Shown here: positions 12,560 through 25,206 of the stretch, in pieces
How positions within the stretch are numbered: the stretch's first letter is position 1
Layout of the letters: the number at the start of each line of letters is the position of its first letter
Assembly: GCF_009914755.1 (NCBI RefSeq)
Contig: NC_060932.1
Reading direction: 5' to 3' (one strand)
DNA: 64,000 nt
DNA from: the human T2T-CHM13v2.0 reference genome, Homo sapiens
Notes under the pieces: model-generated
What the model was told of the DNA's origin: nothing
The model's database searches: none
What the model saw: only the letters and a program-made list of their open reading frames with translations
Translations under genes and position numbers: made by a program

Positions 12560-12800
12560 GAATACTAACAACACCTACCGTGTGCCTGATGTTTCCTAAG
12601 TGCTTCATACATATGAACCCATTTAATCTTTAAAACAACTGCATGATATACAAGGATTGAATCCATCACCCTGAATGAGGACATCAAGGTATGAAGACAT
12701 CTAGCAACTCCTTTAAGATCCTGTAAATTGCAAATAAAATAACTGGAATCTGAACCCAGGTTGTCTGGCTGGAAAAACCATGATATCAACTACTCTACTG
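12560..12800 (-). mobile_element. MIR remnant
   Basis: tgtgcctgatgtttcctaagtgcttcatacat..catttaatctt..ctggaatctgaacccaggttgtctggct. Confidence 0.6.
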
Positions 12801-13007
12801 CGCTGAACCCCTATTACGTAAAATTAGATAAGACGATTTTTCCTGAAACAAAAACATTACTAAAATTAGATTCCGGGTAGCTATTTTCCTAGGCCTGATC
12901 TTCATCAGTGATGTGGAAAGGGGCAGTCAACCACATTTATAAATACAAAGAGGGGCTAGGAAGTAGATCACTGCAGAGAAAACAGCCCAGGTAGCCCAGG
13001 TATGTCA

Positions 13008-13229
13008 CTTAGAGGCAATGATATGTGGATATAATTTAACAATGGGCCAGGCCTAGGGGCCCAGAGGTGGTAAGGATGGCTGATTGGCAGCATTTGCCAA
13101 TTGCCAGTTTCCATGGTGTAAATACTTCCACCGTGATGGATTTCAAGCTACCACCCTGTCAACACGGAGTGAGGACTGGAAAGAAGTGCTGAAAACTGGC
13201 TCCCACGAGGCTGTACCAGTACACCACCG
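13008..13229 (-). mobile_element. MER63A-like hAT MITE
   Basis: tttccatggtgtaaatacttccaccgtgatggatttcaagctacca..cagtacaccaccg; reverse of the copy at 24995. Confidence 0.65.
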
Positions 13230-13697
13230 CCTGGAGGAGACCTCCACTGTATTAGAAAGCCCAGCTCAGTAAGATAACCTGTGCTGGTCACTGGACAATT
13301 TAGGGATAGGAACAGAGAGAGCATGCAGAGTTGGAAGGGGCCTTAGGCAAGCCCAAGACTCACTGTTTTCTCAGCAGCATCCTTGAGAATGTGCGACGTG
13401 ACTGGGTTCTTGAAACCACTGTTCCGATACTGCTTTCCTTTGCTAAGTTTAAATTCCAGCCTCCTAATTCTAATGTTTTCGTGGGACCTTCTACAATCCT
13501 TCTTTTCTGTATGTCTTGGGCAGGCAAAGGGGGGTATTCTCCACTAGCATGTTGCTAAAGAGGGCCTCTACCCTTTAATGAAACTGTTTTACCTGAATAA
13601 GCTTTGAAAAAGAAATACCGTAGTTGAATATTATGCTGTCCCATCTCCTCATCAGCTACTCTCCACAACTTTAAAAAACCCAATTCTTAATTCTTAA

Positions 13698-14044
13698 CTA
13701 CACAGCCATAAAAAAGAAAAAAATAATGTCTTTTGCAGCAACATGGATGGAACAGGAGACTATTCTCCTAAACGAATCAACACAAGAACAGAAAACCAAA
13801 CACTGCATGTTCTTACTTACAAGTGGGAGCTAAATGCTAAGAACCCATGAACACAAAGAAGGGAACAAAAGACACCGGGGCCTACTTGAGGGTGGACTGT
13901 GGGAGGAGGGTGAGGACTGAAAAATACGTGCTGCAGTTATTACCTGGGTGACCGAAGAATCTGCACACCAGGCCCCCGCAACACGCATTTTACCCATGTG
14001 ACAAATCAGCACAGGAACCTCCTAAAAAGTTGGAAAGGAAAAAA
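13698..14044 (+). mobile_element. L1 3'-end fragment (L1PA15/16-like)
   Basis: cagccataaaaaag..gcagcaacatggatggaac..aagtgggagctaaat..cctacttgagggtgga; flanked by aattcttaac / aattcttcac (possible TSD). Confidence 0.85.
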
Positions 14045-14344
14045 ATTCTTCACCACTGTCTTGGGCATCTGTGATATGAAATGTAAACAAGCACAAAAAT
14101 GGCTGATGAGCCCACAGAGTGCAGCCCGGATGGGACCACCTGTGAGACTCTCAGACCTGTCCAGTTCCACAGTCAGAATATTGGATTGCCACTGCCAGCC
14201 TCATTAGACACCCATCCTTCTTACGCTGGGAGGATATGGACAAGAGCATGCAGGGCACTCACCACAAATCCATCAGAACCATGCCAGAGACAGGCCAAAC
14301 ACATGCCCTGAAGTTACTAGTATCATCAGAGCACAGAAAAAAGT

Positions 14345-14635
14345 ATATATATTTGAGACCAGGTCTCACTCTGTTACCCAGGCTGGAGTGCAGTGGTGCA
14401 ATCAGGGCTCACCACTGCAGCCTTGACCTCCTGGACTCAAGTGATCCTCCCACCTCAGCCTCCTGAGTATATGGGACTACAGGTGTGTACCACCACACCT
14501 AATTATGTATTTTTTTGTAGAGACAGGGTCTCACTATGTTGCCCAGGCTGGTCTCAAACTCCCAGGCTCAAGCGATCCTCCCACTTTGACCTCCCAAGGT
14601 GCTGGGATTACAGGCATTAACCACAGTGCCCAGCC
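14345..14635 (-). mobile_element. Alu (J-like)
   Basis: Reverse dimer with J-type diagnostics (cagccttgacctcctggactcaagtgatcctccc). Confidence 0.9.
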
Positions 14636-14767
14636 ACACGTGACAATATTAAGCACAGAGTTGAAAGGGGCCTTGGAAATCATTTCTCAATTTCCTCTAA
14701 TGAAAACAGACAAGTTAATGTATTAATAATTCAGGTTTTTCATTATGGTTCTCTTCTCCCTCTAGCC

Positions 14768-14981
14768 CCGTGGTTCTTAACCAGGGGTGATTTCCCCTCA
14801 GAGGACATTTGAGCATGACTGGAGACAATCTGATTGTCAAAACTGGGTGGGAGATGCTCCTGGCCTCTAGTGGGTATAGGCTCGGGATGTGGTTAAACAT
14901 CCCACAGTATAGAAGACAGCCCTCCACAGCAAAGAGTTATCTAGTCTAACGTGTCAGTAGTGCCAAGGCTGAGAAACCATG
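14768..14981 (+). mobile_element. MER20, just beyond the predicted CSGALNACT1 cleavage site
   Basis: gtggttcttaaccaggggtgattt..ggacattt..ctggagaca..tctagtgggtatagg..gtgccaaggctgagaaaccatg. Confidence 0.85.
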
Positions 14982-15063
14982 GTCCATGCACAATATACTA
15001 TTTCCAAAAACTAAACAAAATGACATTCTTACTCCACAAAGCAGTCATATCCACAAATCATAT

Positions 15064-15069
15064 TTTATT
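15064..15069 (-). terminator. Probable distal polyadenylation signal of CSGALNACT1
   Basis: TTTATT on + (AAUAAA in the mRNA). Two UGUA (CFIm-type) motifs at 15132-15135 and 15142-15145 upstream, and a U/GU-rich element (15001-15045) downstream. Confidence 0.7.
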
Positions 15070-15491
15070 AGCTGTGCAATACCACCTTCCATTCATGGCC
15101 TGTGTTTTAATTAAATTTCATAAACTACCAGTACAAATCAATACAATGCATTTTTTAACACACCAACAGCTTGAATGTTCTTGAAGCTTTTAAACAATGA
15201 GTTTACTGTGAGCAAACAGAAGCAAGGACTCAAAGAGATAATTAGCTCATGCATCTGGTGCTGGCTAATAATTTTCACATGAATGAAGAAACCACTCTAT
15301 GTTAACTGTATTTATTTTTAAAAAATAGTTTGAAATGGTAATAAAATGCAATTTTCAGAAGCATCTTGGTGATCGAGTAGAACTGCTTAATTTAAAAAAT
15401 AATTCAGTTACTTCCACCTGGCCTGGGGTGGATAACATGTAGCAAAAACTTCCATCCCACTAGATTCTGGCAGATGGATTGATCTTTCACA

Positions 15492-15511
15492 ATATATATA
15501 TATATATATAT
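15492..15511. repeat. (AT)10 microsatellite in CSGALNACT1 3'UTR
   Basis: Direct reading. Confidence 0.9.
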
Positions 15512-16665
15512 TTTTCTCCATTTCTTCTTATGGAAGCCAGAAGCCAGGAGGAGCACCCTGTTTTGAAAAGAGATTGTTTGGTTCACACGGTATACTTTGG
15601 TTTATTTAAACAGGTAAGAAAGCGGTCCCTACTTCTGAGGAGAAAATGTGGTTTCTGACTTTTAGGTACATCACGATATCACCAGTCTGAATGAGTTTCC
15701 TTTTCTGTAAAGCAGAAAGTGTCATTTTCTTTTCCTCCAGTGTTCAGTTGCTCCTCTTCGAAAATACTCTTCAGAGAAAGTATCTGTACGTCTGTATTAG
15801 TACAAACCATTCCTTCCCTATGTCTCAATGCCTGACATTCAGTGCCTGACAGAATCAGCATTTGGCATGTCCTTGGATATGGCATCAATTTGATGCTTTG
15901 AACTGAAAGTTCTCATAATGCATCTCAAAGTATCTTCTTAAAAAATATAAAAATGTAGGCCAACTTGTGCTCTCTTGTAAGGCTTGCAAAGTGGTAATTA
16001 AATAAGCAGACTATAACTCACAAGGGAAAAAAAGTGCATTTTTAAATAAAAGAAAAAAACGGAGACAGTTAAAAGGACAACCAAAAAGATAAGCAGATTA
16101 TTTTTGGTTAATCTTGGGGAAAATATGACACGATATTTATGGTTTCTTTTCTTTTCTGGTCCATTTTATTTTACTTAATGTACTCACTAGTATCATAATA
16201 AGCCTATCTCCTCTCCTGCCTTCTGATATTTTAGCATTCCTAGAAACTAGAGCCCTGCTGATAGGCTCATTCATATGAGGAGAAATATGCTTGCCTTTCA
16301 TGCTAATGAATTTTTTACAAAACTGCTCTTAAATCATGAATATTTCAATGAGCACACAAAACAACAGGTCTCAGTGTATTGTAAACACCATCAAAACCTC
16401 CACACCATTAGGCTTATAATCTCACAAGCATTCTGCCTTTGTCAGACACTTCACAGGGTGCAACTGGGTTACTTTTGCAGGCAAAGCGGAGATTTTGATT
16501 TCTGTTGTAAAAAGCCCAACAGAGAGAAATCGGAGGCTTTCTCATCTCTGACCCATCAGTCCAATTCTTTTGTCGTCCTTTATGGAAGTCTTTTCTCTGT
16601 TGCAGCCACTTTCAGTAATTGCAAAAGGAAAGAAAAAGTGTCTCCCACAATCCTTCTCTGGGAGT

Positions 16666-17034
<369 letters not shown>

Positions 17035-17249
17035 TCATTAAGACATGACTGGGGGGGATGCGTGCTTCACCACCACCCCTCCAAGGTACGAGAGTGTCCA
17101 CCTGGGTCAGAAGCCCCGAGAATTCCCCAACAAAGACGACTTTTATGGCAGACAGCACCGACTTCTTCAGATGACAGGACCTCCAAGAAAATTCCAAGCA
17201 TTTGCCTGCATTCAAGAGTTATCAGCAATGCTAATGAACAGCCCCAGCC

Positions 17250-17937
<688 letters not shown>

Positions 17938-18603
17938 TAACCATTTAGGAATATTTCTCTCAGAGATGTCCAAGAACACCTGCTGTTAGTTGTTGAGTGT
18001 CTGCAGGGCACCCACCACTCAGAGACCTGCATCCTGGGTGCTCTGCTCCTTCCAACAGGACTTGACTTCAACATTTTTTTTTTAAATCTTTAACCTGGTG
18101 ATTTCCTTGGGGGGTTCTGTAGTCCTTGTAGTTCATGTCATCTCTGAACAAAACAATCGTGGGTCTACCCCTCGTCCCTGATTTTAAAGTGAGTAGCTTT
18201 AGGTCTTGGACCTGAGGGGGAGGTGCCTAGAAGCCAGCGAGACCAGCAGCTCGTGGGGAGCCTGGGGATGGGACGCTCCATGCCACACCCTGAGGGCACG
18301 GTCCCCCTGACTCCATCGCAGCTGAGCCCCTGCACCTGAGATCAACGTTTCGGGACTGTTCATTCATACCCAGGTCGTGCATAATCTGCAACTCTATCTC
18401 TTTCGAGATCCAAGAGTCAGTATTGCTATGGGAAGGTGGGGTGGCATTTCCAAGGGGGACAGGAGGCCTCTATTCTCATCCTGACTCTGCCTCTTACCTG
18501 CTGTGAGGCCTGGGAGGATCTCTTTCCCTTTGACATGCTTGGTCTCCTCACCTAGATCCCAAGGGCCTTTTCTCTCTGTGCTCTAGAAAACCACAGGCGT
18601 GCG

Positions 18604-18935
18604 CATGTGCATATTTGTGTATGAATTGTGTGTGCATGTGGACATTTGTGTATATGAATTGTGTGCACATGTGGACATTTGTGTATATGAATTGTGTGCG
18701 CATGTGGACATTTGTGTATATGAATTGTGTGCACATGTGGACATTTGTGTATATGAATTGTGTGCGCATGTGGACATTTGTGTATATGAATTGTGTGCGC
18801 ATGTGGACATTTGTGTATATGAATTGTGTGCGCATGTGGGCATTTGTGTATATGAATTGTGTGTGCATGTGGACATTTGTGTATATGAATTGTGTGTGTG
18901 TGTGTGTGTGTCTGTGTGTGTGTGTGTGTGTGTGT
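18604..18935. repeat. 33-bp minisatellite (~9 copies) ending in (TG)n
   Basis: Unit CATGTGGACATTTGTGTATATGAATTGTGTGCG; GAATT recurs every 33 nt from 18623 to 18887; then TG repeat to ~18935. Confidence 0.95.
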
Positions 18936-19301
18936 ATTGGCAGCAACTGCACATTTAGTCAGAGCTTAAAGTGACATTTGGAATTTTGAAGGTTAGCAGA
19001 GAGAAATGTGGGTCTTTTTGAATATGTGCTTCCTCCCAGTTCCCCTATTTCCCTCATACCCTTACTGGGAGGCTTAGGATGTTCTACAGGAGAGGGCAGA
19101 GCAGCCAGGACCCTGCTGGGAGGAGGCACTGGAAGACTTGCTGCAAAGCTGCCTGGATGCAATAAGCAGCCTTTAATCTCAGATTGTGTGTCTTATTTGG
19201 AATGACTGAGAGGTGCTGGTGGAGATCATAGGGGCTAAAATGCCACCTACTACCAGGCCCCCTCTTGGTCCAGCCCTGAGTCTATGACATCAGGAACAGC
19301 A

Positions 19302-19444
19302 TTTGATTTTCTTTTTGGAGTGATTCTCTTTAGGAGAATCGCTATGTTGTCCAAGTTGGTCTTGAACTCCTGGCCTCAAGTGATCCCCCCTCCTCTAACC
19401 TCCCAAAGCACTGGGATTACAGGTGTGAGCCACCGCACCTAGTC
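19302..19444 (-). mobile_element. FLAM / Alu left monomer
   Basis: gctatgttgtccaagttggtcttgaactcctggcctcaagtgatc..gtgagccaccgcacc; TSD-like ggaacagc / ggaatagc; adjacent T29 at 19454-19482. Confidence 0.8.
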
Positions 19445-19449
19445 TGGAA

Positions 19450-19481
<32 letters not shown>

Positions 19482-19597
19482 TGAAGGCAATGGTACCACC
19501 TTCCCAACCAGACTCCTTGGAAACCCTACTTGATTCCTTCAAGGCCTACATGGGCCCGTGGCCTCTGGGTGGCAGTAGAGATGCAGATTTGTCCTAC

Positions 19598-19679
19598 CTA
19601 TATTGATGAAGTCTGACCGATACTGACACGTCATCCCAAATCCAAAGTCTCTCCAAAATCCAGTTTCCTTCTTTATGAC
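19598..19679 (-). CDS. CSGALNACT1: CSGALNACT1 penultimate coding exon (82 nt)
   Basis: Acceptor ttttcttgcAG (19681-19680) and donor ATAG|GTAGGA (19597). Translates [27 protein letters not shown](G). Phases 0 to 1 fit both neighbours. Not in the ORF track. Confidence 0.95.
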
Positions 19680-19929
19680 CTGCAAGAAAAGCACTGTCAT
19701 TTGAGGGGAAAGTTTAGGGTGGACAAAAATAGAGTGTTCACAAACTCCTGTGAGCCACCGTGGAGTGTGGAGCCCATCCCATCACTGATAAACAGCCTCC
19801 ACTGGTGCAGGAAACGCAGATGGATTTGAGTCCTTGCAGACAGTCAGGAATACAGTACACACACCAGTCCCAAAACAAGGTCTTGTGATTTTTGGCACCT
19901 CTGGCTGGAATGTTTCTAGGGCATAGATA

Positions 19930-19934
<5 letters not shown>

Positions 19935-19976
<42 letters not shown>
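19935..19976. repeat. (AC)21 microsatellite
   Basis: Direct reading. Confidence 0.95.
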
Positions 19977-19980
<4 letters not shown>

Positions 19981-20482
19981 AAAAACAAAAACCGGGAGAG
20001 CCAGTCTTTGAGCAGTGCCGTGGAAAAGCCACCTACGTGCCTGGCCCCACACCAGTGCCAGCGAGAATCGGAGGCTTGGGCCCCTTACACAAGCCTGGGC
20101 AGCGAGCCAGCAAAGGGCTCAGGAAGTTGAGAAAAGGGATAGAGAACAACTCAGAATTCAGCTGCCCTGGCACGGTCCACTCACAGGACTCCCTTGGGGA
20201 ATAAAAAGAAATATCTGAGAGACTTCAGTATGTTACCAGCTCTCCAACTCTGTTAACTCTCGCTTGCTGAGGAAAAGGGCACTAGAAGTCCAGCTTCTGA
20301 AGAAAGACTCTGTCCATTCATCTTCACGCTATTTTAAAACCAAACTGCTCCCAAAAGCATCTACCGTGGTGCCAGCCTGCAGGGCTGCGGAGAGGCCATC
20401 CAGACACTGCCCAGTCTCTTACTCTGCAAGTAAATTTCCAATATATTTGCTGAAACAGCAAGGCTTTTCAAAACTGCATGTG

Positions 20483-20485
<3 letters not shown>

Positions 20486-20520
<35 letters not shown>

Positions 20521-20549
20521 CACACACACAAACACATATACACAAACAC
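20486..20549. repeat. Compound (TA)n(GA)n(CA)n microsatellite
   Basis: Direct reading. Confidence 0.85.
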
Positions 20550-22149
20550 GTATTCAGCTGAGAGAACTCTGGGAACAGTTTTGAGATCTTAGTTATTTTT
20601 CATAATTCATTCTTGCAGTTAACATAGGTGCTTAGGTGAAAGGACACCCCCACATCCTGTCCTCTGGGGAAAGGTAGAGAGGGCAGCAGCAGGTTCCTCT
20701 TTCCCCACTTGGATTTGTATAGATTTTGTTGGGGACATCTGGTTCTGTTCATCGTTAATTAGAAACGGTACATGAGAGGGGAGAAGCATCAGAGTCTTGG
20801 CCCAATGTGACCACTGGCTGGCTTTTTCACTTCAGGCAGCCTCCTTCACTTCTTCATGCATCTATTTTTTTTTCCTTATAAAACAAGGGGGTTAAATTCA
20901 CTCATCCCTTAGGTGTCTTTCAGCTTTCACATCCAAGTGTTTATCACATCTTCCCCCTTCCTGAAGTTTCACCACAGGCTAATTATATTTGATAAATGGC
21001 TTGCAGAAGGGCTGATGAATCTTAAATGTTCTTTAACTCTGTAACATATGAAACTGTCTTACTTTCACTACAATCTACAGGTAGATGTCACTTCCACCAT
21101 GTCACTTACATTCCACAGGGAATGGGGACCTGCTGCCACCCTCTCCTGCAAGCATCAGGACTGCTCAAGGAAAGTAGAACCAAGAGAGTTTCTGTTGCTT
21201 AAAGTTGTCCCCAGCAAGTATTCTCAAGTTCTACTTCAGAGTACGGGACCGTTATACAGTATCTCCCAAATGACAAGTCAATTTCATTAGTATCAACTGG
21301 AAAGATTTTGTAAGGTGGCAAAGTCTGGAAAAGTCTCCACGGAGTCATTTTTTAAAATATGGACTTTGTTCCATCCCCGCCTTACCAGGTACATGGTTTC
21401 CATTGCAGCGAATAGACTAATATTCCTTCTGCTGGCAACCTAGACAAGTTCCCTAAGCTTATGGGTAAAAATGGAGTCAAAGAGAAGTGCCAGTATCCAA
21501 TCTTCAAATATTTCGCTGAGGATCACATGGAATTTAAAAAGGAACGCTCCGAACAGGAAAAACAATTGGCCAAGCCTTGGGAAGGAAGACAAGAGGGAGG
21601 CATCCAGAGACTCTGGGCTGCACTGATGTAGGGCCTTTCGAGGTTGAACAAGGTGAAGGGGGACCCTCACATGGGAACAGCGTGATGGAGGCAGTCTGGC
21701 TTATGAGCTGGGGAGTGAGTTGTGTAAACATTTATTAAAGTCAGTTTGGAAGTTGGCAAGCCACAAAAAGCCACTATCTGAAGAGCTTGTTGAAATTTAG
21801 CCCTTTGTGGAAACTCATCTGGTCATGCCCACAGCATGTAATTTCAGGGCAAGACGGAGTTCCCTCAGTCGAGGTTCCACCACCCACAGCTGTGCTGGGT
21901 CGCTAACTGGAAGGACGCGCTCAATAGCAGTCTGGCGGGAGTGTGTGCCCTCAAGCACACATCCGATTATATCACGTTCCCATGTGAAGCCCTGCAAGGG
22001 TTCCCTAATCGTCAGCCATCTCATTTCTTCTTATCCTTCTGCCCTATATAAGGCCCATTTTCTCCCTCTTGGATTCTCCATGCTCACAGGTCTCCAAGGC
22101 CAGATACTTGCAGTCCTTCCTGCCTGGGTCACCCTTTCCCCACACACCA

Positions 22150-22452
22150 CTAAGCTGTGCTCCAATGTCACTATTCAGAGTGGTCGTCCTGACCCTCCTG
22201 GCCCATGTTATGCACCTGCCACCCTAATGCCACTTGCTGCACTGGACCCCTGGTTTATTTTCTCTGTAACAATTCTGGCTTCTGAAATGATCCCGTTGAT
22301 GCATCTGCTTCTCTGTTTGCTGACTGTCTTCAGTCACTAGCCCTGGTGAATGTAAGCTCAGGGCTTGTTCTTGTTCACGACTACATCTCCAGCACCCAGA
22401 ACATTGTCCAGCACACAGCAGGTACTCAGTAAATACTTCCTCAATGAATGAA
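22150..22452 (+). mobile_element. L2 3' end
   Basis: gaatgtaagctc..ttgttcacgactacatctccagcacccagaaca..gtactcagtaaatacttcctcaatgaatgaa. Confidence 0.75.
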
Positions 22453-22754
22453 CCAAGAGCCGTCCCTAGGGCAGAGATGGTTCCAAGCCAGTGGAAACAG
22501 ACACGTTGCAAGATGTTCGCCAGCAAGTGGCCCAGCAAAGGCCTGGGAAATGCAGTGGTGAGAACCTCTCAGAATCCTGTGGCTCTGGACCAAGAGACAA
22601 AAATGTTTTCACCTCCCTGGGGTCTAAGGTGGAGTGTGTGACTTCTTAGAAACTTTGCTGCAAGTGTGAGAAGCTCCACCATTCTGTTCAAGCACTGACA
22701 AGTGATGCACCAATGACGTCTGCTACAATAGAGGAGGAAGGAACCCTAAGATAA

Positions 22755-23128
<374 letters not shown>

Positions 23129-23608
23129 TGCTATCCTCATTTTCTAAAATGTCCTCTGATAGCTGGCCTCCTCTCAACTCTCTCTGCAGCACCCACTTCC
23201 TCCCCACCTGAGATCCCAGCAGAGCACTGCAGGGCATGAATGTACCACAAAAGGACAGTTGTCAGCCCTGCTCTCTCACAGGAAGTTTCCAGAGCCACAG
23301 CTCTGTGGACGATTCACGTGACAGGGATGATTATTTTCTATTAGGACCAAAACACAAAGCACAAATCAGCATCTCTCCCCAAAGATGTGGGAAGGCAGCC
23401 GCCCTGCAGCTGCATGTGAGCTGGGGCCGTGGTCAGTGCCTGTCTGGTTTAATGGTGCCGACTTGGCCACTTGCCCATGAAGCAATCTGGACCCTAAAAT
23501 AAAATAAATAGCAACTACTCAGGCAGAGCGCCTCCTTTCAATCAGAGTCTCTCCTCAGCACTGAGGCTGCGTCTGGTCTACCTTGCATTCACAGCAACGC
23601 CCGTTAGC

Positions 23609-23772
23609 AGGGCCGGCTTACAAAGTGACCCATGTAGCTGCACAGGGCCCCCATACATGGAAGGCCCTAAGGCCTGCTGTCACTGTTGTGAAATTTGTAA
23701 TACCTTTTGATCAGGGGCTCACATTTTCATCTTGTATTGGGTCATGTCAATTACATAGCAGTTTCTGGCCTG
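23609..23772 (+). mobile_element. MER53-like hAT MITE
   Basis: cagggccggctt..gcacagggcccc..tgaaatttgtaatacc..cattttcatcttgtattggg. Confidence 0.65.
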
Positions 23773-24994
23773 GGAGGAGAAGACTCCCTGAGCTATGAGG
23801 ACGTCTGTGTCCAGGCTGGGGGCCCCCAGCCCAGGCTGTCCATTCCTTACTATCTGGGCCCTGAGGGCTCAGTGATCATGCTGCACAGGGTGCCAGGAGG
23901 GCTGCATGCCCTCTTCTTGTGGCTTCTTAGTATGAAGACAGAATGACTTGCCCAAGATCACCCAGCCAATGTTGCCAAGCCCAAAACAATTCTAAGACTC
24001 CGGGGACAGTTCCACATCTTGAGAAATAAGGTATCCTACATCCACAGCTTTAGAAGACTCATTTAAGAACACAGTCAAAGGCCATCTCCTTCCAGATGTA
24101 TTTGCACTTATTCACAATTTCCTGTAAGTCTTTTCTAGGTGTTTTCATAGAAAACACATTGTGTCTTCAAGGGAATCATGCTGGACAAGGAGTCATCCAG
24201 GTTCTGCCATTTCCAGGAACCTATCATCTAAAACTAAATGCCCTCGTTGCCCCCATGAAGCGCTTTGAGGGCAAAGGATGTATCCCCTGTTGCCCAGCAT
24301 CCTCAGCCCAGGTGCGGTCACATAGTGTGGCACTCGAGTTCTCACCCCTGCCACTTAGCCGCTACAGGCATCTGGCCCTCAATTCCTCATCTGTGAAATG
24401 AGAATAATAGCACCTCTTCCCCTTATTGAGTATTACGTGAGATAACGTGGGCACCGGACTGGCTTCTGGAAAGGCTCCATAAAGGGCCTCTGTTCACATT
24501 AATTTTGGTATTCAGCGGGTGTATGTTTCCTGAATAAATAGAAACAGAATGCAAGGATGCATAGGATGTGCCATGCTCATTTGGCAATTTACAAAAAGGT
24601 TTCAACTGAACTGCAATAGTAAAATACTTTCTGAAGGGAGGTAGAGAGGTCAAGGGTGTGACCAGAGAGAGGGCAAGGACAGAAGCCAGCATGCTATGCA
24701 CACACTGAACAGTATCACAAAGTCATCAGATTTAACTGACGGGTAAGACCACATGGCAGACTAAGATGTGCATGTCGGATGCCGTGGGCATTAGAAATGA
24801 TAAGGAGGTGGCCTTGAGGAGCAGAGACAGCCAGGGAGACTGAGCAGGTGTGCTCACCTGGCAACAAGGCTGGCTTGGGTGACTATGGAGCTGGTACCAT
24901 GTGCCAGGTTCTGGGGTTTACAGATATTTTCTCTGCATCCATTTGAGAGTTGGTCTGTGGAAGACAATGAATCCCAACAAGGGCTCAGGGCTTG

Positions 24995-25206
24995 CAGTGC
25001 TGTGCTGGAGCCAGCTTGCACCAGCTCACAAGGATTGGACAAATCTCTTCCCAACCTTGTGTTCAGTGACGTCATGCTGGTAGCCTGAAATAGGCCACGG
25101 TGGGAGTATTTACACCATGGAAATTGGCAAATGCTATAAATCAGGTCTTTCTGCTGCACCCCCTCTTCAGAGAGCAGGTTGTTAAATATTTACCAGCACA
25201 TCTCTG
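24995..25206 (+). mobile_element. MER63A (hAT MITE)
   Basis: cagtgctgtgctggagcc..gtgggagtatttacaccatggaaattggcaaa..tttaccagcacatctctg, with terminal inverted repeats. Confidence 0.8.

Larger units (their letters stand above)
15048..16665 (-). other. CSGALNACT1: CSGALNACT1 3'UTR (~1.6 kb, end approximate)
   Basis: AU-rich sequence after the stop with no recognisable interspersed repeat. Minus-strand AATAAA at 16165-16170, 15311-15316 and 15064-15069. Confidence 0.75.

Noticed and set aside
15074-15081. GTGCAATA miR-25/92 8mer near the CSGALNACT1 PAS
   Set aside because: It is on the + strand, so it is not in the CSGALNACT1 mRNA.
18548-18974. Repetitive ORFs (HMRTQFIYTNV, CAHVDICVYEL etc.) and a CRISPR-like appearance
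   Set aside because: Head-to-tail 33-bp units with no unique spacers and no cas genes. The open frames follow from the unit length; no splice sites or start context support them.
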